A DNA stretch of 64,000 nucleotides, taken from contig JAHLWZ010000790.1 of the NCBI GenBank assembly GCA_020536535.1, positions 62,001-126,000 of the forward strand. The letters are read 5' to 3'. The DNA is from Pelomyxa schiedti (taxonomy: Eukaryota > Protista > Evosea). Position numbers and translations under genes: made by a program. Below the pieces are notes generated by a model. The model made no database searches and had not been told where the DNA came from. It saw only the letters and a list, made by a program, of their open reading frames with translations. Every line of letters begins with the position of its first letter. Position 1 is the stretch's first letter. This document shows, in pieces, positions 21,786 through 34,374 of this stretch.

Positions 21786-24121
21786 ATGAGCGCCCCACCC
21801 CCCGAGACCACGCAGCAGGTGGTGCGGAGGCACCACAACAACAAGAACATGGTGCCTGCTGTGTCTTCCATATTCACGAGCATCACACCCCCCAACGGAG
21901 ACCCAGGCGACTCTCCCCCGGTGTGTTCTGTGTGCGTTTTACCTCTTGCCTTTTCTACCCACCCCCACAACGTCGTTTGCTTCCTGTGAGCCTACGTTTG
22001 GCTTGCTTCATTTTTCGTGTCTTGTGTTGCTGGGCTGGGCTGTTTGTCTGACATTAGCCTCGTTGTTCTTGTTGTCAGGCTGCAAATGCTTGTGCTTTTT
22101 GCGGAAAGGAGTTACGCCCCGAGGATCCTAAAGTCGAAATCCTAAAGAAAGGTACGTATGGCTGTTTCGTGTTTCAAGAGTAAATTGGAAATTCAAAGCC
22201 TCTAGCTAGTTTATTTGTTTTTTTTTTTTTTTTTTTAACCGTTCTGTTCTGATACAGCCTACCACAAAACCTGCTGGCTTGGGGCCTTGTTCAGCGGTCA
22301 AGGGGCTGCCCCTAAAGTAAGCCCCAGGACACAATCCATGGCTGTAATTACCACACCATCCGCAACCCAAGTTCCACGTGCCCCATCACCCAGAAACAAT
22401 GGCAGTGCCAATACCGGTGCTGCAGCAGCAGCGACCAGTGCCGAACCGGCTGCCTCAGAACCCACACCACCCCTGCCAACAACCCCATACCCAACGCCAC
22501 CGCCGCCTCCTCCCCCGCCTACTACACCACCTCCTGCTCCGCCTGCTTCGAATCCTGCACCACCCACTGGAACAACTGCAACAGCTTCTGCTAATCCAGT
22601 AAGCACCTCGGCGGAAGTGAGAGAGGAGGCCAGAGTTCGAGCGGGTACACTTGCCACGCTTTTGGGTTCTGGGTATATACTTCGTAGGAATAACGCTCGT
22701 TATTTGCAGAGGAACGGACTAAAGAGGGCATATTTTCCAACATTTTCAAGAAGTCTAAGGAACCTATGAGTCTGGAACAGAAAGCGGTCCTTGAACGCTC
22801 GTTCAAAAAATCGTTTGTTGATGTAGATAAGATAACACTCGAAGGTTATTGAGCTTGTACTATCTCTACTTACGTTACTTATCCAGACAACCCAATTGGA
22901 GAAGGGGCAAGTGGCCTTGTGTATAGAGCGGTATATAAAGAAAAGCTAGTGGCAGTAAAAATGTTGAAATACGTTGATAGTATGACCCAAGAGCAGAGAG
23001 ACGAGTTTGTCAGAGAAGTCATGCTACTAAAGAAAATCAAGAACCCTCATATTGTGTATGCAAACTTGCTCTCTGCACAGCATGTCTAACTTACAACACC
23101 TCATAGGAGGTTCGTTGGTGTCGTCTTGACTGATGCAAAGGTCGTATTTGTCAATATTTTTATCCTTCAAACAAACTGTTGTCCAGTTGTGGCTAGTGAC
23201 AGAGTTCATTCCCGGAGGCTCTCTGACAAAACTTTTGCGCAAAGGCCCTCTGCCTCTTTCCTTAAAGATCAAAATTGGATATGACATTGCTTCCGGGATG
23301 CAAACACTTCATCAGACTCATATCATTCATCGATATCCTTTTTATAACTTCTCCTACTGCTGATAACACCCTCAAACAAAGTTTTCCTTTACTTATAATA
23401 GGGACTTGAAAAGCGATAACTTGGTTTGTAGCCATTGTGCCAGACATTTTCAGGGTAACACTTTATTAGCTAGTTGCTTCCACTGAGGTCGATGCCCCAA
23501 CTACTGTGAAACTGACCGATTTTGGGGTTTGGAACAACAATTCACCCCAATATTCTCTCACAACATTTGAAGACTGGTAGAATAATCAAAGACAATGCCG
23601 TGAGAGCATACACAAAAGGTTCTTGTTGTTACTTAAGTTTCCATGATTGATTTGCTTCATAGGAATTGGGACACCAATATGTAAACATCACTTTTTTATT
23701 TTCTTTCTTCCCAATCCCAATAGACATGGCACCTGAAATTCTCCAAGGGCAAAAATATAATCAAAGTGCCGATATGTTTAGGTATTTGTTTCTCCAACTC
23801 CCCTTATGAGTTGTCTCAAAAAACCAGTTTTGGTGTTCTAATGTGGGAAATCCTGGCCCAAGTGGAGCCGTACCATGAGTTTGAAAAGGCTTGGCATGTA
23901 TCCACTTTTGTTGTATCAGGAAAGCGGCTGGAAATACCCGAGACTCCATTGCCGGAACTATCTGCTCTCATTACGGAGTGTTGGGCGCACACACCATCGG
24001 AAAGACCCTCTTTTGTGAAGGTATAAAGTACCCTACCCATCTTTCACATGCATTCAACACTATTCAGGTGGCTGCCAGCCTTCACACCATTCTCAAGGCA
24101 GCAAAGAAAACCGGCTTGTAA
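21786..24121 (+). CDS. Tyrosine-kinase-like (TKL) protein kinase with a Pro-rich N-terminus
   Basis: IGEGASGLVYRA, VAVKML, HRDLKSDNL, KLTDFG, GTPIYMAPE, SFGVLMWEIL and CWAHTPSERPSF. Confidence 0.93.
23333..23401 (+). other. U12-type (minor spliceosome) intron with AT-AG termini
   Basis: 5' end ATATCCTTTT, branch site TTTTCCTTTAC at 23382-23392, 3' end TAG; removal restores the catalytic H-R-D-L-K. Confidence 0.85.
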
Positions 24122-24256
24122 CACTTAAATGATGATAATTTTAGCACAATAAGTGCCCGTGGTAAAACGAGGAATACAAACATAAACTGATGAAACTCAT
24201 TTCTATTTTTTTCCCTTCAGAGTACACACAGGGTAATTCTTTTCTTCTGGTCGGTC

Positions 24257-27200
24257 TCAGTGGCCCCCATTTTTAGTGCACGATTCTTGTACGTCGGTCA
24301 ACATTCTATCCACTTCCTTCTCCATTTCCCTTATGGCTTCTGCCTTTTCTTTCCTGCTTCTATTTAGTACTGCCTGTTCCTGTGTGAGTAACCTCGCCTC
24401 TTCTTCTAATAGCCTCAGTTCCTCCTTTTTCACGGCGGCCTTCCTTTCTACTTCTCGGTTCTTTACCGTTTCTCTCATCGCCACTTCTCTCGCCCTGAAT
24501 GCTATCATTTCCCTTTCCCTTAACCTGTCTTCCCTCTCCCTTTCTCTTTCTCTCTCACCTCTCCTTTCTTCCATTTCCATCTGGCACCTGCTTTGTGTCT
24601 TGTTCTTGTACATAGAACTTGCATTGCGTAAGCATTCAATTTACAGTACAGAACAGAAACCCACCTGTCGTGAGTAGCGCGTTGTTTGGAGTGGGATTCT
24701 CGCTGCTGTTCCATGTATTGGTGCCCCCGTGATTCATAATCGTGACGGTTACCAACATTGGACCTAAATTAAGTTATTTTTTTTCTTGAGTTTCACAGAG
24801 TGAATACCGGGCTCTTGCAAGGTCCTGCGAAAGAAGTGCAGAACTGGGATCATGTGATGTACATGACCTACTAATTGATTCTTCTGCCTCCTTTAGAACC
24901 TGACATAATTGTAAACAATGGCTAAGTGTAGCTTTTGAAATATGGAAACCAACCTGTTGTGCCTTTTCGAAGCTGCTTTGTGATGCTAAGGTTGAGGCAG
25001 ATTTCAGGGCCTCAGTAACTGCAATACGATTTCTTTGTTTGTCTACTTCTGGGTGTGGCGTCTGCTTAATTGGGAGGTCTGCTCGACTGTATTTTAGAGA
25101 CAATTAGTTGAGTGTTCAAAAGTGGAGAGAATGGTACTTGAGGCATAAGGTAGTAGTACAATTTTGCACAGTCTCCGTCACTGGAATGAAATATTCTAGA
25201 GTTCCACACAGAATTGAGCTAGTGGGAGTTGTTGGAATTACATTTGGTGGGGTTTCAGCGGAAGTTGACGAAGTCGTAGTATTGGTGCTAGGACTTCCAA
25301 TAACTGCCGGTAAATGCAAATAGAACGGGATATCCTTTGTTTCATCACTGAACATATCGGGAATTATTATAGAAAGAGTAGTTGCTGTTTCTGTGGAATT
25401 CCTGTCAGAAGACAAAGAAAACTTACAAACCTACCTCTGAAAAGGGAATATTCCGTCAAGACTTCCCCAATGGCGGCACCATTAACTGCCGAAAGCGTGA
25501 CTTTTACCTTCGTTGCATACAAACTCAATATTCCACCCAAGCAATTGCCAAATGCTTCTCCCACCTTGGTTTCAAGTGAGGAATAGCGGAGAAGATGGAG
25601 GAGAACCTTATCAACACCGTCAATGAAGTAAAACATGCCATTTCCTGTCTAAAGAGCATTAAATCATTTCATATGAAGATAGGGAACCTTAGCAACAGCG
25701 TTCAAGGCAGTTGCTTTTAATTGATTAATAACGAACTGGGGAAAAAAGTTTTAACATACCATCATGGTCGGCACCAAAACCAAAAGTATATAAAGTGTAT
25801 GAATCTACAGTGCTTGACATGAGGTTTTTAGACATTGCAGGTAAGTTGGAATTTCCATCTCGCCCTGGGAGATTGAAGACATTAAAAATGGAGGAAACTT
25901 AATCTTATACCGTCAGTTAAAAGAAGAATAGAGGAGGTAGAATTTTTCTGTTTGCGTGCTTGAAGAATATCAACTGCTGTCTGAAGTCCTGACATGATGT
26001 CTTTCGAGGATCAGAACAAAGTTATTCTTGTTGCTACATACATGTACCACCAAACGCCGCAATGCTGCTGATAGTTGACTGGAGTTGTTGTTTATTTGCC
26101 TCATTTCTGTAAACGTTGGTGCCCGATTCTCAATTAGAGAAGCTACTTACAAACACTTCAATGAAGAGAGTCGCGTTGCCGTCGTGTTAAACGTGACAAT
26201 GGCCAACCTATCGGCGCTATTCAATTGTGAAACAACGAACTCCAGTGTCTTCTTCACCATGGCGAGTTTTTGGCCTCGCATTGATCCAGAGATATCAATC
26301 TTTGGGAACATCATAAGTGGAACATGTTATAGCAGAGAGGAGGTGGTGAGTGGCATTGTTTGGTAGACTGTACCACAGCAACGATGTCGGCACCTGGGCG
26401 CGGGCCCTGCTCAGAGACAGGTGCTTTGAGGTGGACAATAGAAAAAATCTTCGAGGCACAGCACGGGACTGTCTCGAACTCTGGTATGATTTGTATGGTC
26501 ATTGCTTCTGGAACTGTGTAATATTGGTTTTAAGAAAGGACGTAATGTGATCACTTGGAAGAGAACTGGAAGTTGTAGACTCCATCGGTGTTGCAATGGG
26601 GAGAACCATGGTTGCAATAGGTAAGGGATCATCATCCCCTATTGCTTGATTTTCATCTCCAAGGAACTCTCTTGTCTTCTGGTTAAGGTTAGATTTTACT
26701 CAATTAGAATCCACACATTATCTCTTTCACGTTGGGTCCTTATCACTTTATTGTGATGTCTCGCCTCTGATTGCCTGCGAGTAGCCTGCTCTTCTACTAG
26801 AGGCCTTGCTACAGCTGCTGTCTCTTCAGTAGTCTGTCTGTGTTTCTTTTGTGGCACCCACCGGTTCAGTTTGTTTACAGTATTGAGGTAGTACATACAC
26901 TCACTGACGGTCTTTGTTGCTCTGGTGGTAAATGTCTGGAGATGGGGTTACATGGTTAACAAACATTGAAAGCATAATCTCGCATTCACATGCCTGCACA
27001 GAGGACAAGTAAGTACGCCTACCGAGCTAGCATTTTTAATGCAAGTGTACTACACGGTACCCAAAGGAAAAAGAAAAAAAAACATAAGTTGAACCAAAGG
27101 AAAAAAAGAGAAAGACATGGAATTTGTGACCACAATCAGTAACAAAGAGTGCCTTCCCAACTTCCATTGGATCCTTATGAAGTCAAACAAAAAAAAAGAA

Positions 27201-27288
27201 AAAAAAAAAAGAAAGAAAAAAGAAAAAGGAAAAAAAAAACCACCAGACAAATAGGACATTCTTCTGTTTGTTGCGTTACGTCCGACAT
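24257..27288 (-). CDS. RING-H2 - vWA - Vwaint E3 ubiquitin ligase (WAV3/EDA40-like) with a charged coiled-coil tail
   Basis: CPICL|DPMEVGKALFVTDCGHKFH|YTCI...CPLCR; MIDAS DISGSM; LLTDG, TFGFGADHD; EVDKQRNRIAVTEAL and SHSKQRA (Vwaint). Confidence 0.85.
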
Positions 27289-27522
27289 TACTTCCTCTAC
27301 ACAACTCAATTAACCGCCAGATGAGACGCGGTTCCAATCACAGAAGTGGACGATTTTTTTCTAGATCCAGAGAATGAAAATTAATGGTGCCTTTTCCTGG
27401 CCCCCTATTGTTGCCCCAACTAGATCAGGGATGTCGATGTGCTCGAAAGCAAAAAAGCCCTTTTTCAATACCATTACAGTGGGGACAATGAGGGTAGAAC
27501 CCCTGGTATTTGTATTCTACCC

Positions 27523-27785
27523 TCAGAACAAGGAGGTGGCCTGGAGCATCCTCCTCTTGGCCTCCACTTGTGCAGATTCAGGCGATCCCGTGGGCAGCGT
27601 CGCCGCCCACGCCGAGTAGAAAGACTCCAGTGCCCTGCGCTGCTTGTGCACGTCCCGGTGCGCCTCGTCCTTGAACACGGCGCGGTTCACCGCGAGTGCC
27701 TCGCTGAAGAGCCCCTCGGCCTCGCTGAAGCGCGACGAAAGCTGGCACAGAACAGCCATGTCGTTGAGAGTGAGTGCAACTGTGT

Positions 27786-27830
<45 letters not shown>

Positions 27831-30800
27831 GTCAAAGTCAGTGCGTGATCATGTTGATGTTTTGTGTGTTTTGCGGGAAAACGTACCGTCTGGGTGGGTT
27901 TTTCCGAGTGTGGCGTGTAGGATTTTAAGCGCCCTCTGGTATATAGGCATTATCTCTTCGAATGGCTTGTGTTGTCGCTGTGCCACGTTTGCCATGAGAT
28001 TTAGTGTCGAGGCCACATCTGTGTTTTTTTTTTTTTTTTGGGTGAAATTTAGGTGAGGGTGTTGGCTTGAATGACTTACTGCAGTGGTTCTCCCCAAATA
28101 AGGACAACAAAGTATCCAAGGATTCCCTATACATCAACTCAGCTGCCTTGAAATCTCCAAGCTCCGCTTTGAGTTCAGCTAGGTTGTTCATTGATTGAGC
28201 GGTATCTGGGTGTTTCACTCCAAATGCCTGTTGGCGAAAGTATGCAAATCGAAGGAGCGGCTAGAGGAACTACCTTAGTCCTTATCGCCAAAGCTCGTTC
28301 GTACAAGGGCTGTGCCTCAGATCGTCTGTCCTGCCTGGAGAATAGCACTGCATAATCGTTGAGTGTAAGAGCAATATCCTTTGTTGATAATTAACAAAGT
28401 GCGGGAGGTTGATTGGCAATGGGGGATATAATTTACAGGGTGGTCTGAGCCAAGAAGTTGCTCTTTTATCTGAAGGGATTTCTTAAAGAACTCTTCTGCT
28501 TGGTCGTACTGTCCTTTTTCCATACAATTCCCAGCCATTTCATTTAAAACGCGGGCAACATCTGGATGCAGGGTACCAAACCTTTTGTAAAGGATACTGA
28601 TGAAAAGGAACAAGGGAATAAATAAAGGGACATACAGATACTCGTAGATATCCAGTGCCCTTGTCAGGAGAATCTCTTAATTATGTTAATATGGGGTGAG
28701 ATGTACTCTGAGGTACCGGCATCATCATAGCGACTCATATCAATGAGTAAACTTGCTAGGTTGCTAAGAGTCATTGCCACATCAGGGTGCTTGGGTCTAT
28801 TTTTCAGAATGTTGTTGAGGCTCCACTTTTGAGAATATATCTGCAAACCCATGTGAGGCCTCTCTTATTTGAAGGGCTTTGCGGAAGTTGGACTCGGCCA
28901 GTAAGTCGTTGTTGAGATCTTGGTAAAGACACCCTAAACTGTTATAACTGTGCCCGACTTCTGGATGATTATACCCAAATTTCTTTCTCCGTTACAGATG
29001 ATAAGGTGGAATTCAACTGTACCTTTTCTCGTATTTTCAATGCGCGCAGATACAGAGGTTCTGCTTCTGTGTATCTGCCCAACTTGCGGTATACAATTGC
29101 CAAACTGACACAGTGTCAAACTGACAAGTATACTACCTGTAACCATACTTATTTAAAGACAAAGCAAGCTCCGAGCTTTCAAGCCCCAAATTTTTTTCTT
29201 GTATTTCTATTGCCTTGTGATAATAAGGTATTGCTGCCTTGAAGTTTCCTGCCAAACGATGGACATAACCAAGATTTCCACTAAAGGGATGAGAATAAGG
29301 CACAAGAAAAAGGAAAAATACCATATTTCTCCCAGTTGTACTGCCAACGTACTGCTGTGCTGAGCAATGTCATACGCATTAGAATAGCATGTGATGGCCC
29401 AGTTGTACTTTCCAAGTTCCTGGAAGTATCAAACTGAAGATAGGCAAATGCCTAGGAGCCACACTTGTAAGACTTTCCCAGATTTTATGTAAAGATCAAC
29501 TTGTGAGACACTGTTAGGGTTTTCAGCAATATAACGAGATAAGTCAGAGACCAGGTTGTTGTCAGTAGGTGACTTTGCCACTATCTGACAAGCATTAAAA
29601 CTATGGCCTCACCAAGACTAGGGATAAAATACATGCCTCTCGCCAATACAAGAATAAATCAAATTTGGTTTCTGGTGATGCCAACTCAAGGAAGGTTTTG
29701 GGGGAAGTGACAAATGAGGCAAGGTGGGCAGACTCACCCTCCACATAATATTGGTATGAGAGCTCTTGTGTTTGTCTGAAATTAGTTAGTGAGACAGGAG
29801 AGACGAAAGAAACCTTGGGGAGGTTGTGCAGCTGGAAAAGTATTCAATTAAAATGTGATGGGCTTGACGTTCTTGATTACTTGAATGCAAATAACGTTCA
29901 CGGACAGCATCCCGCACATACTCATGGGAAAATGACACAAGACCCGCGTGCACAAAAAAGAGCTCCTTTGGAAGCATCAGATCAAGAATTATTGTGGTCT
30001 TCTTACCTTTAGAGAGAGAAGCACTGTTGACCAGAGAGCCTGAGAAATGGCACAAATTTCAAGTATCTCCTGGTCATATAAACCACGGCGAGAAACATAA
30101 ATTGACGACAACACGTTGCCAAGGGTGCCACTAAGTTGGGGTTACCCAAGATAACACAGTGAGGGGGAAATGCGATTGTGGTCCAAGATCAGACTCCACT
30201 CGTGTAAATACATGGCCAAAGAGACTAGAGAGAGATGTGCTTGAGAGACAAGTAGCTATTCTGTTACTCAGTTCTTCATAAACCTGGACGATGTGAGTTA
30301 CCAAGTCAAATGAAGTACTCTTCACTCAACTCCAAAGGAATGGAGTTCATCTAAAAGAGTTTTGAGGAATAATGGCATTTGACATTGCTTGGTGTCCTGA
30401 ATCATTTGTAACTGGGAGCTGGCAAGAGATTTCCCATATTGGTTCAAAATACTGGTGATACATATCTCAGAAGAGGACTCGTAAGGATACCTAACTACCT
30501 CTGGGCCATACAAGCAATGTCTAACCGGGATAAGGGCTCAACTTGCATAACCGACCATAGTCGTGATCTAGCCACCTCAACAGAATGAGATGGTCTGCTT
30601 GATAGAATAACTTGCACTCGAGGTGGAAACTGGGGTGGCAGCCAATCTTGTGGCCAGGTTAATTGTGAAGAGAGATTGCTGGTACTTACTGAGTTCTTGT
30701 GTGCTTTCATCTTTTAGTTGGTCAATAGCATCTATTATAAGAACAAGTCCTGTTTTACTTCCAGCCTCAGCCAGCCAATTGGGGAATTCTTCAATTAGTT

Positions 30801-32960
30801 TGTGTTTGTCGGTTGGAATATCCCTAATACATATTAGAGCCGTTTCAGGAGGTGTAAATCACACCTGGAAAACTTATACAGCAAGGAAATTTCGCACATC
30901 AGGCGATGCAACATGGAGTTGAGACTTGTGCTGGAAGAAGTACACCCCACATAGTGAGTAATAACCTTGAATCTGTGGGAAAAAAAAGTATGGAGGTGAA
31001 AATTTGGGCTATACCACTTGATCGGGGTGAGATTGTTCATATTGGGCTGCGAAGTTTGCAAGAAGGGCACTTTTCCCTTGGGAAAAATTCAGAAAGTAAC
31101 TCGAGAGACGTATGTATACCAGTGCCAGATTCTCCTGCAACTACTATCGGACATGGATGCCCAGTCCCACTTGAAATTGAACTTGAAGTCTGCAGTATCA
31201 AGGATTGGATTGTAGATTCCCTCCCAACGTAGATTCGAGTCCTTGAAACTTGAAAAGCATCGTGAGCTTCCTTTTCAATCTCCTGTGGTGTGGGAATTGT
31301 TTCTTCAGGAAAATCTCTATGATGCTCTTTACAAAGAGGAGATGAGCAGGAAGGTGCCTTACTTATCTAGAAGTTGTTGCAAAGCAGACTTTATGGTCAT
31401 AGCCGCTTCTTCAGGAGTTCTATACTCATGGACTGCAGAAAATTTCCTGCAATGAATCAGTTGTCGTTAAGCAAGTCGAGATATTTTCCTGATTTCCTCT
31501 TTTAAAGAAGAGAGCCTACTGCGTGAGTGATCACTTTCTGATTCAAAAACACTTCCTCGTTTCTTCGAGTAAGATTCATCGCGGAACAAAAATACAGCAT
31601 GATTAGATTCTGAAGGAGCATTCAAAACTGAAAAGAAATTAGGTAGGTAAGAGGGGCTGGTTTTCTCACAAGAGTGTCGTATTTCAAGCTCTGTCACAGA
31701 TGACAAAGGATAACTACTTACCCAGGGGAAGTCTACAGAGGCACGATCAAAAGTCTTCTTCAGAAGGATGTCTGAGGAAAGTTTTACTTATGCAATGGGA
31801 AATTGACAACATTCCTGGGGCGCCTGGAGGTTGGTGCCAACCATAACGTTCTCCAAGAAGGCACACAAACCATGGTCTGCATTTGTCCACTGTTTTTTTT
31901 TTATTTTTATAGAATTGTTCCTCTTAAAACAATGAGAAGTACCTTCTTGTAAACACAGGCAAAGCGTATTCCCTTCAGAGGATTGCTCAGACTAGGAATA
32001 AATGAATTGCATGGCAAAAAGGATTCAAATACAGTGATTCCCCAACGCAAATCGATCTCACTGATGAAAACACCACGCTTCAAATAAATACTTCTCAACT
32101 CAGGCATGACCTGCATTCCATTATTACGTCCCCTTCCCAACTGGAGGATTACCTTCTTTATAATAAGCTCTCTTTCATCATTCATATCACGGAAAGTGGA
32201 GGAAAAAAATATTCTCACAGCTCTATTTCTTTGTCTCAGTTGCCGTTTAGAACGCACAATGCGATGATAGGGCACCAATTCATCGGCATCAATAGAGGAA
32301 ATACTTGGCTTATAGGAAGAACATGATGATGGCATAATCAACCTACCTCATAGTCAATAATAAGAGGGCCCAACGTTTAACTCAACTGAGAAAAACTTAG
32401 GGAAGGTGGAGGGCTGAATGCATCCATGATGCTGTATTGCTCATTGATGAAGGATGAACGAGAGGTTTCCCACTCACACTCAATAGCAGCAACATCAACG
32501 GACTTGTGGTCATATATTGATGGGGCAGAATCTCGGCTTTCCGGAATAGATTCAGATGCTGCTGTTGAATTTGAGGCTACCCAATTATTCCACACAGAAG
32601 CCAGTGTGCCTGAAGATACAGGGGAAGGCAACTCCGCATTCAAATTAATTGTTGGAGCCGCGTTTTGGGGAGCCAATTGAGCAGTGGATAGACACTTTCT
32701 TGACAAAAATCCTGTGACACCATGAATAATACAGAACGCCGTAGAACTAGATTGTCCTGTTAAAAAAAAAAAAAAAAACGCCAACGTGGAGTAATAGTGT
32801 TTGAAACAAGCATGGCCATGATATCTTCCGATACTGGAGGCAACTGCACACTCCCTGGTAGCGCCTGGTTACTGTTGTCGTCAGTATGCTTGTTCGGATC
32901 CACCTGGTCCGCGGTGAGAACTTTCCTCGTACTGTGCCCAAATGCTGCCCTTCGTAACAT
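27523..32960 (-). CDS. DUF4062 - STAND/NACHT-like ATPase - TPR protein, paralogue 2
   Basis: RIFFSSTFRDMNDERE, IDLRWGIT, LLGERYGW, SVTELEI; P-loop GESGT|GKS split by an intron; Walker B LIIDAIDQL; HPDVA/HPDTA TPRs. Confidence 0.88.
27781..27828 (+). repeat. (TG)10 followed by a run of about 29 G, intronic
   Basis: Read directly from the sequence. Confidence 0.9.
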
Positions 32961-33115
32961 CGCCAGTTTTACAAACAACGGGAAAAAAAAAAAACGAATT
33001 CCGACCTGTTGATGCTAGACAAGAGAAAGAGGGAATTGAGATGTCAAACCCGACAATTATCTCTGGTGTATGGACAAAACACCGAACACCTCGGTAGAGC
33101 CCCCACACCACAGGC

Positions 33116-34280
33116 GTCGACGACGCCGAACTGCCACAGAAACGACGCACCAATCCCACTGAATGTTTATTTGGGATAATTTCCTCCTGACAGTTGTGAG
33201 CACAACTACTTTGAGGTGGCATCTCCACTTTTCAATGGCCCTCTCACTATTAACAAAATACCATTTTTACTTGGAAGTCCTGAAATAAGACACATCCCTC
33301 AGAGCTGAAAACCCTGGTGCCTGCTAATGACATAGCTGCCAATCAACCCCTAGAATTGAGTGGGCTTGAGATTTGTGATCAAAAGCCTAGATTGGTAAAT
33401 TCAACTACAACAACCACTACAACAAGTACATCATAATCAACTTCTTCTGGGGGTATTACCATTTTGGGAAATGAGTGGATACCTGTCATTGTGAGTGCAA
33501 TCCCTCTTACTCCCCTTACAACACCAACAAGCTAAAGAACTGCAAAAATGGGACACTTGCATTACAGTTTTGATTCCTGTTAGCATAGGAGGTTACCTCC
33601 CCACTTGCAATGCAACGCCACTGCACAGGCCTCAGTGTCACCTCCCCATGTGCCATTTGAACAGGGAAATCCCAAAAGGGAGAAACATCTCAAAATGCGT
33701 CACAGCGATGCCCGCCATGACACATTCTGAGCAGGATTCATCCCAACCTTAAGCCAGATGGCACTGGGCCTGTATGCACACTCCAGAAAAAAGTGTTGTT
33801 TTTTTACATGTTTTATTCTCCACACAAAAGTAGCTCACATAGTTCACACACTTTTGTGTGGTTTCCCCTTTTTAACTCCCTTCACTTTGCCCTCATGTAT
33901 ATGCCCTTCCTCCTCCTCCTTCACACAACTCCCTGCATTTTATGTTGTTGACCCACACTCAAAACAGTACTAATTTAGCAATGAACAAGAAAAGTAACAT
34001 GGAATTTCAGTTGCTGATATGGTATCTGTCTATTTCATAATATGAGAAGGCAGATGAGTACAACTAGGTGTTTTTTGCAGTGAACAAGGAACCACCACCT
34101 AATACTACCCATAATTCCACCTTAATGAAGGTCCACAGTCAAAGTTTTTGTGTTGAGATTGAGCCCCCTGCAGCCTTGTTGTTGTTGATGTGCTATTGTT
34201 TGTTTGTACTACTGTATTGAGGCAAACTATGTACCACACACCACACTGATGCCCTTGAGCATCAAAAGACTGTCGACGAC
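33116..34280. other. CpG-depleted, non-coding-looking segment bounded by the 9-bp direct repeat GTCGACGAC; possible decayed insertion
   Basis: Only 4 CpG counted between about 33150 and 34270; the repeat is at 33116-33124 and 34272-34280; no TIR or recognisable ORF. Confidence 0.4.
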
Positions 34281-34374
34281 AACATGATGATTCCAATGAG
34301 AACTCCCCCATTTAGTGTATCTCGAAAACAAAGATTTATTTTAGATTTATTTTGCTTTTCTGGGGGTGCTGTTC

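Noticed and set aside
28585-28600. Further U12 donors (GTATCCTT on minus here and at about 30483-30490)
   Set aside because: Both lie inside ordinary GT-AG introns whose upstream donors already give the correct frame.
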